The notes under the pieces: generated by a model
Database searches by the model: none
The model's input: only the letters and a program-made list of their open reading frames with translations
Told to the model about the DNA's origin: nothing
Made by a program: the position numbers and the translations under genes
From: SAR202 cluster bacterium
GTDB lineage: Bacteria > Chloroflexota > Dehalococcoidia > Lucifugimonadales > UBA6927
NCBI GenBank assembly: GCA_022447855.1
Contig: JAKUTX010000004.1
Span: 20,815-84,814, forward strand
Direction of reading: 5' to 3'
DNA length: 64,000 bases
Shown: positions 1-10,266 of the stretch, piece after piece
How the letters are laid out: each line of letters starts with the position of its first letter
How positions within the stretch are numbered: the first letter of the stretch is position 1

Positions 1-44
1 TATTATGTTCTAAAATGTTCTATAAATAATGACGGGGTTTCAAA

Positions 45-323
45 ATGCTTAAACACAAACAACAATTCTCCCTACCCGATTTTTTTGAAAACATCACCAA
101 GAATAATTCACAAGTTGATTGTTGTGAGATACAAATTGGTCACACTGTTCGATACATCGGGAAAAACTGGAACGGACCTCAGCAAGGCTCTATAGGTAAA
201 ATTTGCGCGAAACGAGTCTCTACTGCTAAAGTCGAACTATCAAACGGGGTTAAATGGACAATTCCTTATTCTATGCTTGAGGCTTACAATGAAAATGATG
301 CTAAAAAATTTTCTTTGGCATAA
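45..323 (+). CDS. hypothetical small protein (92 aa), family not recognised
   Basis: Intact ORF with ATG start and a G-rich stretch (acgggg) about 7 nt upstream. It fills an otherwise empty slot and is convergent with the next gene. No motif I can place. Confidence 0.4.
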   Translation: MLKHKQQFSLPDFFENITKNNSQVDCCEIQIGHTVRYIGKNWNGPQQGSIGKICAKRVSTAKVELSNGVKWTIPYSMLEAYNENDAKKFSLA

Positions 324-353
324 ACATTGTTTAGATCAAACAAATTGGATTTA

Positions 354-1226
354 TCAATTACCAGAGCTCTGACTTCTAAGAAAATCTTCTAATTCTGCAA
401 CTACTGACTCATGATTGGGGATTTCATCTAAATCTACATTAGCAGAATCATAATTCTCTTCCAGCTGAGTTACATATGTTGAGATTTCAGGATCATCTTC
501 AATTGCTTTATCCATTTGGAGGTCAAAACGCTCGGCTGAGATTTTAAGTTCTGACAAATCCACTTGCAATCCAGAAATCTCTTTTAAATTCTTTAGTAAA
601 GTATATGCAGCTCTCGGATTCGTATTTGAATTCACATAATGAGAACAATGAACCCATAAACTAGTATAGATTATGTTTGCAGACTTACATTCATCCGCAA
701 AAAGTGAATGAATACTAGTAGGACCCTGATATTTAGATTTTCTTACACCGGACCATTCAATTTTCTTCGCAACTTGAGTGGATGATGAAGAACCGCTAAC
801 TCTTAGAGGCCTAGTATGGGGTACAGCATCAAGTAATGATCCAACTGAAATAATTCTATCAACCCTTTGTTCATTAGCAATATTCATTATTAATGAAATA
901 AAATTCTTCCATCTAATATTTGGTTCAGTACCATTTAACAGAATGATATTTCGATCTTTGTGTTGCAACGAATGACAATAAAATTCATTTTCTGGCCAAA
1001 GTAACACTCGAGTATTATCTTTCTGGATCCTAATTTCAGGACGTTCTTCTGAAAAAACAAAAAATTCTTCTGAATCAATTTCGGAAAATTTTAATGCCGG
1101 AAGCCCTTGAATTAAGAAATTTATTGCGTCAGTAGCTGCCTGCGAAGCATCAGGCCAGCCTGCGAATGCAACTATAAGTGTAGAAGGCCGAATTTGGGGT
1201 TCTACGTATTTAATTATATTATTCAT
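354..1226 (-). CDS. PAC2 (proteasome assembly chaperone 2-like) family protein
   Basis: Motifs typical of bacterial PAC2 proteins: LIVAFAGWPDASQAA near the N-terminus, GTEPNIRW, VGSLLDAVPHTRP, YQGPTSI, WVHCSHYV..NPRAA, and an acidic C-terminal tail. Confidence 0.7.
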   Translation of the reverse strand: MNNIIKYVEPQIRPSTLIVAFAGWPDASQAATDAINFLIQGLPALKFSEIDSEEFFVFSEERPEIRIQKDNTRVLLWPENEFYCHSLQHKDRNIILLNGTEPNIRWKNFISLIMNIANEQRVDRIISVGSLLDAVPHTRPLRVSGSSSSTQVAKKIEWSGVRKSKYQGPTSIHSLFADECKSANIIYTSLWVHCSHYVNSNTNPRAAYTLLKNLKEISGLQVDLSELKISAERFDLQMDKAIEDDPEISTYVTQLEENYDSANVDLDEIPNHESVVAELEDFLRSQSSGN

Positions 1227-1280
1227 TGAATCTCATAAATTGTTTGTTGTATTTATTATACGGTGAAATATATATACAAA

Positions 1281-2636
1281 TCAATTTTCTGCTAGCAAAT
1301 TATAAGCCAATGCAGTCATAATTTTCGCCCCAGAAACTAAACTTTTAATCCCTACTGATTCGTCAGTTCCATGCATATTGTTCTTTGATTGATCATCCTC
1401 AGGGTGTGCACCAGTAAACCCATAAGTCACAACCCCCATAGGACGAGTAAATCTAGAGTCAGTAAAACCTGTACTCAAAGATGGAATCCATTGAATTTCT
1501 GGGCTTTCCAGAACTAATGAAGTAGCCTGCGAAATTTGAGTTGTAAGCTCACTGTTAAAGATAGAAGAATTTGGAATTGCCATATAATCAATTTCATACG
1601 ATACACCATCAATTCCAGATAAAATACTATCTAATTGGGTCCGAACATAATTTTCATCCTGATTGGGTAAGGTTCTTACATCACAAGTAAGATTAATTGT
1701 TTCAGGAACACTATTGGATTTAATTCCACCATTTACCATTGTTGGAGTTAGAGTCATTCTTGAACTAGCTCTTAATATTGATGCCAAGGAAGGATTTGAA
1801 GATTCTACTCCTTGGATAATTTCATCAATGTTTTCAATAGTTGGTTTATCCTCAATTGCAAAATTAGACAAATGATCAAAAATTGGACCTGACACATCTC
1901 TATTTGCAGAGTAATTTTCTATAGCTGCCAATACTCTATTAAATGTGAAAAGTGCATTATCTCCTTGCCAAGGTACTGATGCATGTGAACTTGAACCGCG
2001 AACAGTAATTTCAATTTGCAATCTACCTTTTTCTCCGACTCCCAAAAGATAAGCTAAATTCCCTGCTGCATTAACAGGGACTCCTCCACCTTCATTTACA
2101 GCAAATGGAGCATATATTAAATCAGGATGGTTTTCAGCAAGCCATTTAAATCCATATGTTCCGCCATGTTCTTCATCTGAACCAGAAGCCAATATTAGAG
2201 AATCTCGCAGTTGAACACTATTTTGTTTTATTATGCGCATTGCCATCATTTGCGATGCAAGTAGCACCTTACAATCAGATGATCCACGTCCATAAATCCT
2301 GCCTCTATATACGGAAGCACTAAAAGGAGGGAATTTCCATTTTGATTCATTCTCGACTGGTACAACGTCAGTATGCGACATAAACAGCAATCCTCCATTT
2401 CCAGAACTGCCTGGAATTCTAGAAATCAAATTCCCTCTTTCAGGAACCATCCCAAGAATTTGAGAGTCAATAGAAAAATTATCTAGCCATTCTTTCGCGA
2501 ATTCACATACATCTGTTTCATTTCCTGTGGGCATAAAACCAGTATTGACTGAAGGTATCTGGACAAGAGATCTATGTAGTTCAACCAGTTCTTCCTGATT
2601 ATTGTCTATATCAGATAAAAGCTTTTCTAGCGCCAT
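1281..2636 (-). CDS. M20 family metallopeptidase / amidohydrolase (ArgE/DapE/CPG2-like)
   Basis: Metal-ligand motifs SHTDVVPV, GRGSSDCK, SDEEHGG and NEGG. Length of 451 aa is consistent with a catalytic plus dimerisation domain. Confidence 0.85.
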   Translation of the reverse strand: MALEKLLSDIDNNQEELVELHRSLVQIPSVNTGFMPTGNETDVCEFAKEWLDNFSIDSQILGMVPERGNLISRIPGSSGNGGLLFMSHTDVVPVENESKWKFPPFSASVYRGRIYGRGSSDCKVLLASQMMAMRIIKQNSVQLRDSLILASGSDEEHGGTYGFKWLAENHPDLIYAPFAVNEGGGVPVNAAGNLAYLLGVGEKGRLQIEITVRGSSSHASVPWQGDNALFTFNRVLAAIENYSANRDVSGPIFDHLSNFAIEDKPTIENIDEIIQGVESSNPSLASILRASSRMTLTPTMVNGGIKSNSVPETINLTCDVRTLPNQDENYVRTQLDSILSGIDGVSYEIDYMAIPNSSIFNSELTTQISQATSLVLESPEIQWIPSLSTGFTDSRFTRPMGVVTYGFTGAHPEDDQSKNNMHGTDESVGIKSLVSGAKIMTALAYNLLAEN

Positions 2637-2648
2637 TATTGACCCTTT

Positions 2649-3188
2649 CTAATAATTAAAATTAAAGATAGTGGCCAATAGACATGAAATTGATTTAGCA
2701 TCTTGAATCTCCCCTCGCGTAATCAATCCCTTCACATCATCAATTCGAATTTGTTCAATTTCAAGGAATTCATCATCGTCAGGAGACAATGGATCCTCCT
2801 GCAATTCCGTAGCAATATAACCATGAATGAATTCAGTACAAAATCCGGGGGCAGTCCAAAATCCGGTTAAATCTTTCAAAATCTTTGCCGAAAAACCCGT
2901 TTCTTCACGTAATTCTCTAATAGCCGCAACTTTAGGATCTTCTCCAATTTCGAGAGTGCCAGCTGGTATTTCCAATAAAAATTTTTGGGCAGCATATCTA
3001 TATTGACGAACTAAAAGGATTTTTTCATCATTCGTAATTGGAACTATTGCAACAGCTCCTGGATGATCTACAACTTCTCGAATCGTTTGATTTCCATTTG
3101 ATACAGTTACTTCGTCACGACGTAATGAAATAATTTTACCTTTGTATATTTCTTTGCTATTTCGTGGAATTTCTGGCTTTAATTTCAT
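2649..3188 (-). CDS. NUDIX hydrolase (ADP-ribose pyrophosphatase-like)
   Basis: Canonical Nudix box GTLEIGEDPKVAAIRELREETGF. Confidence 0.85.
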   Translation of the reverse strand: MKLKPEIPRNSKEIYKGKIISLRRDEVTVSNGNQTIREVVDHPGAVAIVPITNDEKILLVRQYRYAAQKFLLEIPAGTLEIGEDPKVAAIRELREETGFSAKILKDLTGFWTAPGFCTEFIHGYIATELQEDPLSPDDDEFLEIEQIRIDDVKGLITRGEIQDAKSISCLLATIFNFNY

Positions 3189-3206
3189 GATTCCTCGATT
3201 CTATAA

Positions 3207-4052
3207 CTACATTGTTTGGAGACCGAGTCTATTACCCACTGAGGAATAAAAATCACCATCTGGATTCGACCTTAAAAATTTAGCTATATACTGACTACGC
3301 GAAACTCTTACCAAATCATAAGAATCTAAAGTTCTTGTAGATAATCCATCTGCACTCACGAGTACATTTTCCACATCACTCAATGAAATATCAACCACAG
3401 AATGTGGAGGTAAAACCAATCCAGTTTTCAATCCAGTATGCGCAGCAACAGGTTGCAAAAGAATTACTTCGCTAGCAGGGTAAACAATAGGTCCTCCTGC
3501 TGAAAGTCCATATCCAGTACTGCCTGTGGGAGTAGAAACAATCAAAGCATCTGCTCGATAATTTGGTAAAGATACACCATCTACTTTTGCGTTAATATCT
3601 AACAAGTTTGTAACCTTAGATCTGCCAACCACTACTTCATTAAGCACATGAAAATCAGGGACAACTTTTTGAGAATTTTCACTAACTATGGATGCTTTAA
3701 GCATCATCCTTTCTTGAACTATAAAATCCCCATTTACATAATTAGGTAAGCGAGCTTTTGCATCAGACACATCTAATTCTGACATAAATCCAATACGTCC
3801 CATATTGATACCTACGATTCCAATTTCATATGGGACTAAAGAATTCACGGAACGCAAAATTGTGCCATCTCCACCTGCAATTACAGCAAGTTGAGTTTTT
3901 GACAATTGATCTTCATGAGAATGAATTTCATCAGCCTCACATTTCCAAGAATTTTGATCAAATATTGGCAACTCCATTAATTCATCAACGAATTTTTCAG
4001 AATTCGAATATAACGGATTATGGATGAATAGAGTTTGATTTTCGTGATTCAT
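3207..4052 (-). CDS. nadK: NAD kinase
   Basis: GGDGTILR and STPTGSTGYGLSAGGPIV motifs; 281 aa. Confidence 0.9.
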   Translation of the reverse strand: MNHENQTLFIHNPLYSNSEKFVDELMELPIFDQNSWKCEADEIHSHEDQLSKTQLAVIAGGDGTILRSVNSLVPYEIGIVGINMGRIGFMSELDVSDAKARLPNYVNGDFIVQERMMLKASIVSENSQKVVPDFHVLNEVVVGRSKVTNLLDINAKVDGVSLPNYRADALIVSTPTGSTGYGLSAGGPIVYPASEVILLQPVAAHTGLKTGLVLPPHSVVDISLSDVENVLVSADGLSTRTLDSYDLVRVSRSQYIAKFLRSNPDGDFYSSVGNRLGLQTM

Positions 4053-4085
4053 GATTCACCTACAAAAACTAGTTACCATCATATC

Positions 4086-5594
4086 TTAAACTAATAATAA
4101 GGCGTCTGCTGCAATTTCTGCAATTTCTAGAATCGGACCAGGGAAAACTCCCAAAACAAATATAATTCCCATGGAAATTAATGCAGAAATCAAGACAGGC
4201 TTCATCGAAAAAATATCAATCTTTTCGTCATCCTCAGGTTCTGACAAGAAAATATATTTTAAAATTCTGAGATAATAATATGCTGAAACCACACTATTTA
4301 AAACTCCAACTATTGCTAACCACTCTAATCCAGAAGAAATTGCTGAACCAAATAAATAAAACTTCGCAACAAAACCGACAGATGGTGGTAAACCTATCAA
4401 AGAAAGCACGGCTAACGCCATCACAATAGACAATGTAAGAGATCGGTTTTTTAGTCCAGAAAATTCTTGGATTAGTCCATTCGAAGCTAATTTAGAAACC
4501 GATACAATTACTGAAAATGCAGCTATATTGGTCGCCGCATACGCAATTAAATAAAATGTAGCTGCAGAAACACCAAGTCCTATATCATCAACCAATCTAC
4601 TAGAAACTGCTGTGACACCTATCAAAATATATCCCGCGTGAGCAACAGAACTATATGCCATCAATCGGATAATTTTTGTTTGCCTAATAGCAACAATATT
4701 ACCAATGGTCATAGACAAAACAGCCAACCCCCCCCAGATTAGACTCCAGTCGGTACTCATCTGAGGAAATTCTTGATTAGCAAATGCAATATTAAAGACC
4801 CTTAAAATAACCGCAAATCCAGCCGCCTTACTTGCAACCGATAAAAATGCAGTTACTGGTAAAGGAGACCCTTCATAAACATCCGGAGCCCACATCTGAA
4901 AAGGGACAGTAGCAATTTTAAATCCAAATCCAGCAACTATCATTGCAATAGCAAGCAATAATGCATACGAGCCGAAAGGTACAGCATTTTGTTGCCCGAT
5001 CTCCAAAATCCGTGAGTTAATGATTTCTAAATTGACTGAACCGGTATATCCATAAAGTAAAACCAATCCATAGAGTAATATCGCAGAACTAATAGCGCTG
5101 AGAATAAGGAACTTCATCCCTGCCTCAACTGACCTGATTTCACGCATGAAAGTTGCTAATGCAGCAATAGGAATCGCAGTCAACTCTAAGGCAATGTAAA
5201 TCGTGATTAAGTCATTGGCAGAGGCTAGTAACATCATTCCAACGGCAGAAATCAAAATTAAGGAAAAGTATTCCATTCGAAAAATAGAATAATTGGTGGA
5301 GTACTGATGAGAAAGCAAAACTATAGGAAATAAAATCAAAATTATTAAAGCCTTGAAAGTTAAAGCAAAGTGATCCAATGAAAGAGAATCAAAAAATATT
5401 CTGCTTGGCAATTCATTATCATGCACATCAATCCAGAGTAACGCAATGAAAACCAAAGGCAAAATCAATCCTATCAATACTATCCAGGTAATTTGCTTTT
5501 TTAGATTTGTAATCAAATCCAAAGCTATTAACACTAAAGCTAACGCAACAAGACTTAATTCAGGAGAAATATAATATAGTGATTGAAGATCCAA
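4086..5594 (-). CDS. nuoN: NADH-quinone oxidoreductase subunit N
   Basis: Polytopic antiporter-like protein with WAPDVYEGSPLPVTAFL. Last gene of the nuo operon. Confidence 0.9.
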   Translation of the reverse strand: MDLQSLYYISPELSLVALALVLIALDLITNLKKQITWIVLIGLILPLVFIALLWIDVHDNELPSRIFFDSLSLDHFALTFKALIILILFPIVLLSHQYSTNYSIFRMEYFSLILISAVGMMLLASANDLITIYIALELTAIPIAALATFMREIRSVEAGMKFLILSAISSAILLYGLVLLYGYTGSVNLEIINSRILEIGQQNAVPFGSYALLLAIAMIVAGFGFKIATVPFQMWAPDVYEGSPLPVTAFLSVASKAAGFAVILRVFNIAFANQEFPQMSTDWSLIWGGLAVLSMTIGNIVAIRQTKIIRLMAYSSVAHAGYILIGVTAVSSRLVDDIGLGVSAATFYLIAYAATNIAAFSVIVSVSKLASNGLIQEFSGLKNRSLTLSIVMALAVLSLIGLPPSVGFVAKFYLFGSAISSGLEWLAIVGVLNSVVSAYYYLRILKYIFLSEPEDDEKIDIFSMKPVLISALISMGIIFVLGVFPGPILEIAEIAADALLLV

Positions 5595-5614
5595 GAAATT
5601 TACCTTTATCTATT

Positions 5615-7114
5615 CTATAAACCGTGTAAAGATTCGACAATTGGTGAAATAGCCGTTACCAAAACATCATTAATCAAAAATGGGAATACCCCAACTCCAA
5701 TAATTGTAATTACAAGTAAAGCTATAGGAATTAATTCTAATTTATTTACATCGGTAAGACTAACAAACTGCTCTTTAATTGGTCCAAACATTGTGCGCTG
5801 AATCATCCATAAAATATATCCCGCAGATAAAACAACTCCAAAGGCTGCTATACCTGTATGCCAAGGGAAATTAGAAAATGCACCTAAGAACACTGCAAGT
5901 TCTGCAACAAAACCACTAGTACCGGGCAATCCAAGCGAAGCAAAACCAGCAATGACTAGAGTAATAGCAGCTATCGGCATTCGATTAGCTAAACCTCCTA
6001 AGTCAGGAATATATCTTGTATGGGTTTTCTCATAAATCATACCCACGATCAAAAACAACAAACCCGTAATCGTTCCATGCGTAAACATCTGCAAAGCAGC
6101 GCCTGTAAGACCGATGGTTGATGCGAAACCACCAATCGAAGAAATACCAACTAATACAAAACCCATATGGCTGATGCTACTAAAGGCAACCAACCTTTTA
6201 AGATCTGTTTGATTAAATGTAATAATTGCACCATAAATAATATTTATTACACCTAAAGAAGCTACCGCCCATCCCAAAGATACTGCAACATCAGGAAACA
6301 TTGATACGCAAACTCTCAATATTCCATAACCACCCATTTTCAAGAGTACTCCAGCAAGCATTACACTAGCAGCAGTAGGTGCATCAGTATGTGCGTCTGG
6401 TAACCAAGTATGGAATGGCCAAACAGGAAGTTTAACCGCAAATCCTAAAAACAATAACGAACATATTGCAGTTGCTGGAAGAAGAAGTTTTGTATGTTGA
6501 ATCTTTTCTGGTAGTTGTGTCATATCTAAAGAATTTGTAGATGCCATTAGGAGTAAAATTCCAATAACCATGGCAGCGGATCCAGCTAAAGTAAAAATCA
6601 AGAATTTCATTGCAGAATATTCTTTTCTACCCGTTCCCCAAATTGCTATCAAGAAAAACATAGGGACTAATTCAATTTCCCAAAACAAGAAAAACAAGAA
6701 AAAGTCCAATGATGTAAATACTCCCATAACGCCTGTTTGCAAAATCAAAAGCCATGCAAAATGCTCTTTGACACGATGAGTAATATTCCAGGATGCAAAA
6801 ATGGCAACAAACCCTAAAATCCCAGTGAGCAAAACCATGGGTGCACTAAGACCATCAACACCTAGAAAATATTCAACCGGAAATGAATCTATGGGGATCC
6901 AAGGAAGCCTGTCTACCATCTGTAATCCAGCATCACGATTCACATAGTAACGAACAAATATAAAAACTGTGATTAACAATTCGACAGTTACTACTGATAA
7001 AGCAATACGCTTTACAAATGTACGCGAAATAACAGGAATAGCAAGTAAAAGTGCCCCGAAAGTGGGGAGAAATACTGCCAAAGTTAATAAACCTAAAAAG
7101 TTTGAATTATCCAA
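5615..7114 (-). CDS. nuoM: NADH-quinone oxidoreductase subunit M
   Basis: WLPDAHTDAPTAASVMLAGVLLK motif. Position is between nuoL and nuoN. Confidence 0.9.
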   Translation of the reverse strand: MDNSNFLGLLTLAVFLPTFGALLLAIPVISRTFVKRIALSVVTVELLITVFIFVRYYVNRDAGLQMVDRLPWIPIDSFPVEYFLGVDGLSAPMVLLTGILGFVAIFASWNITHRVKEHFAWLLILQTGVMGVFTSLDFFLFFLFWEIELVPMFFLIAIWGTGRKEYSAMKFLIFTLAGSAAMVIGILLLMASTNSLDMTQLPEKIQHTKLLLPATAICSLLFLGFAVKLPVWPFHTWLPDAHTDAPTAASVMLAGVLLKMGGYGILRVCVSMFPDVAVSLGWAVASLGVINIIYGAIITFNQTDLKRLVAFSSISHMGFVLVGISSIGGFASTIGLTGAALQMFTHGTITGLLFLIVGMIYEKTHTRYIPDLGGLANRMPIAAITLVIAGFASLGLPGTSGFVAELAVFLGAFSNFPWHTGIAAFGVVLSAGYILWMIQRTMFGPIKEQFVSLTDVNKLELIPIALLVITIIGVGVFPFLINDVLVTAISPIVESLHGL

Positions 7115-7117
7115 TTT

Positions 7118-9118
7118 CTATCCATTTTTAAAAAGTAATAATAAAGCTATAACTAAAATCATCCCCGCAGAAATACCTACACCATAAACCTGAGTCTGGC
7201 CTGTCTGCAATTGACGAACGCCTTCACCTATATTAATTGCGGTTTTCCCAATCAAATCATAAATACGATCCACAAAATATTTATCTAACCAATCTAGATA
7301 ATTGACTAGTTTCAAGTAAAATAATTTGAAAACTACGATATTTTCATAAAATTCGTCAAAATAATATTTGTGTTGGAATATTGAATGTAAATATCTAAAA
7401 AATGAATTGTGAATTATTGTACTTAGAAAGGTCTTTCTAGAATTAGTTTCTCTAAAGAGTGAAAATGCAAAAAATATACCCATCGCCGACAAAAATGTTG
7501 AAATAACCGCAATCCAAACATTGAAATGGTGAGTCTCTATATGAACAGGACCGTGTTCTAAGAATTCGGTAAACCAATGAATCGGAATAATAACTAAATC
7601 TGTCAGTGGATTTGCTAGAAATCCAGCAACTATAGCCATAACAGCCAAAATTGTCATAGGCACTAGCATTGTTTTGGGAGATTCTGAAATATGTACTTCT
7701 GAGGAGTCATCAATCTCAGGATCAGATTTGCTTCCACCTCGAAATTCACCAAAAAAAGTCATGAATATGGCTCTAAACATGTAGACCGAAGTCATCACTA
7801 CCCCTAACAATGCTACATATAAGACGATTTGAGCCAATTGATCTCCGTGATTTGCATAAGCTAAAATTTCGTCTTTACTCCAAAACCCTGCTAAAGGAAA
7901 TAAACCCGCAAGACTCAAACTACCTATTAGAAATGTCCAATATGTTATTGGCATTTCTTTCCTTAAACCACCCATAAATCTCATATCAAAAGTACCAGTT
8001 GCATGGTTTACGCTTCCCGAACCCATAAACAGCAAAGCTTTGAAAAATGCGTGCGTGAACAAATGAAATATAGCAGGAGCGTACGCTCCAATGCCTAACG
8101 CCAACATCATATATCCCAATTGGCTAATTGTTGAATATGCTAATACTCGTTTTATATCATTCATCACTAAGCCCATCGTTGCAGAAAACAAAAGAGTAAC
8201 TGCTCCCAATATGGCAACAATATTCATCACAATGTCCGTCAATTCAAAGAGGGGATAAAAACGTGCAACCAAAAAAATTCCCGCCGCTACCATAGTAGCG
8301 GCATGTATTAGTGCACTAACTGGAGTTGGACCTTCCATTGCATCAGGCAACCATACATGCAGTAAAAACTGTCCTGATTTACCAGCAGCACCAGCCAAAA
8401 TACCTAAAGCAACCCATGTTGCAACACTAGAAGATATCAATCCTTGATGAATTCCTGTATATAAATCAGGAATTGAAAAAACATTCAATCCGTTTTGTAC
8501 AAATATCCCACTATGTAAAAACAAATAAAGTAGCCCTAAAAGAAATCCAAAATCGCCAACTCTAGTGACAATAAATGCCTTCTTAGCTGCAGCTGCGGCA
8601 GACGGTTTTTCAAACCAAAAACCAATTAAAAGGTAAGAACTAACCCCTACTAATTCCCAAAAAACAAAAACCTGAACAAGATTTCTAGACAAAACTAAAC
8701 CCAACATAGAAGCCGTAAAAAATGACATGTAGGCAAAATATCGTGCATATCCAGGATCCCTGTGTCCATGATGATCTTTCATATAACCAACAGAATAAAT
8801 TTGGACTAATAAACTTACAGAAGAAACAACTACTAACATCACGATACTTAGAGGATCCAAAATTAAATTGAAATTCACTTCTAAATTTGAAACCTGGATC
8901 CAAGTAAATCCATTGAAATCATGTTCTATAAACCCATTACGCAATGAGTCGTATACAAGTAAAAGTGACAAGAAAAATGCTACTGCTACTGAAGTTATTG
9001 TTATAGGAGCAGCTAAAAAATCGTATTTGTTGAAAAATGGGCGCAAAACAAAAACTATCGTTCCAAAACTTATTAGTGGAACTAAAAAAATTAGCCATAT
9101 AGCTATTTCTGACATCAT
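7118..9118 (-). CDS. nuoL: NADH-quinone oxidoreductase subunit L
   Basis: WLPDAMEGPTPVSALIHAATMV motif. The 666 aa length includes the long C-terminal segment typical of NuoL. Confidence 0.9.
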   Translation of the reverse strand: MMSEIAIWLIFLVPLISFGTIVFVLRPFFNKYDFLAAPITITSVAVAFFLSLLLVYDSLRNGFIEHDFNGFTWIQVSNLEVNFNLILDPLSIVMLVVVSSVSLLVQIYSVGYMKDHHGHRDPGYARYFAYMSFFTASMLGLVLSRNLVQVFVFWELVGVSSYLLIGFWFEKPSAAAAAKKAFIVTRVGDFGFLLGLLYLFLHSGIFVQNGLNVFSIPDLYTGIHQGLISSSVATWVALGILAGAAGKSGQFLLHVWLPDAMEGPTPVSALIHAATMVAAGIFLVARFYPLFELTDIVMNIVAILGAVTLLFSATMGLVMNDIKRVLAYSTISQLGYMMLALGIGAYAPAIFHLFTHAFFKALLFMGSGSVNHATGTFDMRFMGGLRKEMPITYWTFLIGSLSLAGLFPLAGFWSKDEILAYANHGDQLAQIVLYVALLGVVMTSVYMFRAIFMTFFGEFRGGSKSDPEIDDSSEVHISESPKTMLVPMTILAVMAIVAGFLANPLTDLVIIPIHWFTEFLEHGPVHIETHHFNVWIAVISTFLSAMGIFFAFSLFRETNSRKTFLSTIIHNSFFRYLHSIFQHKYYFDEFYENIVVFKLFYLKLVNYLDWLDKYFVDRIYDLIGKTAINIGEGVRQLQTGQTQVYGVGISAGMILVIALLLLFKNG

Positions 9119-9122
9119 AGGG

Positions 9123-9317
9123 TCAAAGTTTCCTTATAATTTCATCTGCAACATGTTCTCTACCTTTAGGAACAAGAACTCTATACTCAATTCTTTCCCC
9201 CCAATGAGTAATATCCGTCACTGGGAGAATTTTGGTTGGAAGACCATCACCCTCCAACACATTCTTCCACATTTCTGCAATCATTAAATTAGGAACATTT
9301 TTATAGTCAATCCACAA
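9123..9317 (-). CDS. small DUF2007-like (putative signal-transducing, GlnB-like fold) protein embedded in the nuo operon
   Basis: 64-aa ORF with a TTG start, preceded by GGAGGG 6 nt upstream. This SD abuts the nuoK stop (TAAGGAGGG). The ORF's TGA lies 4 nt before the nuoL ATG. The pattern W..YKNVPNLMIAEMWKNVLEGDGLP..ILPV...VLVP...HVADEII resembles DUF2007 domains. Confidence 0.5.
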   Translation of the reverse strand: MWIDYKNVPNLMIAEMWKNVLEGDGLPTKILPVTDITHWGERIEYRVLVPKGREHVADEIIRKL

Positions 9318-9329
9318 AACAATCCCTCC

Positions 9330-9695
9330 TTAATTTTTCATTTCGGAAAGTTCTGTAACATCTACAGAGCTTCTAGATCTATATATAGCAATAACTATTG
9401 CTAATCCTATTGCAATTTCAGCAGCAGCTACTGCAATCACAATAATTGAAAACACATGACCTACAAATAAATTTTGAACAGCTTCTTTTGCTGCCTCTAA
9501 ATTTGTATCGTGTGGCAAGCTAGTAACCGCTGCAGGAACTATATACCTTGAAAATGCAACAGCTGCTAAATTAACGGCATTCAACATTAGTTCTATACTC
9601 ATCAAAACAACAATTGCATTACGATTCACTAAAGAACCATACAGGCCAATAGCAAAAACAATCGAACTTACTATCAAAAAATTTTCTAGCGCCAT
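9330..9695 (-). CDS. nuoK: NADH-quinone oxidoreductase subunit K
   Basis: SIELMLNA (TM2 Glu) and [11 protein letters not shown] (TM3 Glu) motifs. C-terminus [11 protein letters not shown] is like E. coli IDSVSEMRG. Carries an extra ~20 aa between TM2 and TM3. Confidence 0.9.
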   Translation of the reverse strand: MALENFLIVSSIVFAIGLYGSLVNRNAIVVLMSIELMLNAVNLAAVAFSRYIVPAAVTSLPHDTNLEAAKEAVQNLFVGHVFSIIVIAVAAAEIAIGLAIVIAIYRSRSSVDVTELSEMKN

Positions 9696-9696
9696 A

Positions 9697-10266
9697 CTAA
9701 TTCAACTCTCGTTCTTCACGATCTCTTCTAAGAACCACGAAAGCACCTAGAACTGCCGCTAGCAACAAAATCCCAGCCACCTCAAATGCGATTACAAATT
9801 TATGAATTAATAATTGAGCAATCCATGGAATAGTATCGGAAAACAATATATTAATTGCATCAGCAACTGGATCAGAAATGTTCTCAGGATTACTAAGCAG
9901 TTGCCAATGAGTATTCATGACTACAAAAATTGAAGTAATCGCAAACAAAACAGAAATTATAATAGCTGGAATCCGAAATTTATTGTATGAACTAGAATTT
10001 TCAACATCCTGAGTCATCAAAATTGCAAATATCAATAATACTGAAATTGCTCCGATATAAATCAATATTTGAACTGCCGCCAAGAACTCGGCACGTAACA
10101 AAATAAACATTCCCGCCATACATACAAATGTAATAATTAAGCATAAAGCGGCACGGAAAATATTTTTTATATGTACAACAGCCAACGCAGAAAAAATCAT
10201 AGATAGTGCTAAAACCCAAAACACAATTTGTACGAATAACCCTGATTCAATTGACCCAAATAGCAT
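9697..10266 (-). CDS. nuoJ: NADH-quinone oxidoreductase subunit J
   Basis: Hydrophobic ~190 aa protein between nuoI and nuoK. Start placed at the ATG that forms a TAATG overlap with the nuoI stop. The ORF track extends it 5 codons upstream to 10281. Confidence 0.85.
   Translation of the reverse strand: MLFGSIESGLFVQIVFWVLALSMIFSALAVVHIKNIFRAALCLIITFVCMAGMFILLRAEFLAAVQILIYIGAISVLLIFAILMTQDVENSSSYNKFRIPAIIISVLFAITSIFVVMNTHWQLLSNPENISDPVADAINILFSDTIPWIAQLLIHKFVIAFEVAGILLLAAVLGAFVVLRRDREERELN

Noticed and set aside
45-323. Considered whether the 92-aa protein could be an NdhS-like SH3-fold accessory subunit for the EFG-less complex I
   Set aside because: The resemblance is only vague (G..V.....G.....V.L.NG). 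The gene is 14 kb from nuoA and on the opposite strand. There is not enough support to propose it.
8868-9287. 139-aa plus-strand ORF spanning the nuoL start and the small nuoK-nuoL ORF
   Set aside because: It overlaps 250 nt of the nuoL coding sequence in antisense. The minus-strand 64-aa ORF has a strong SD and tight coupling to its neighbours, so the plus-strand frame is the less likely reading.
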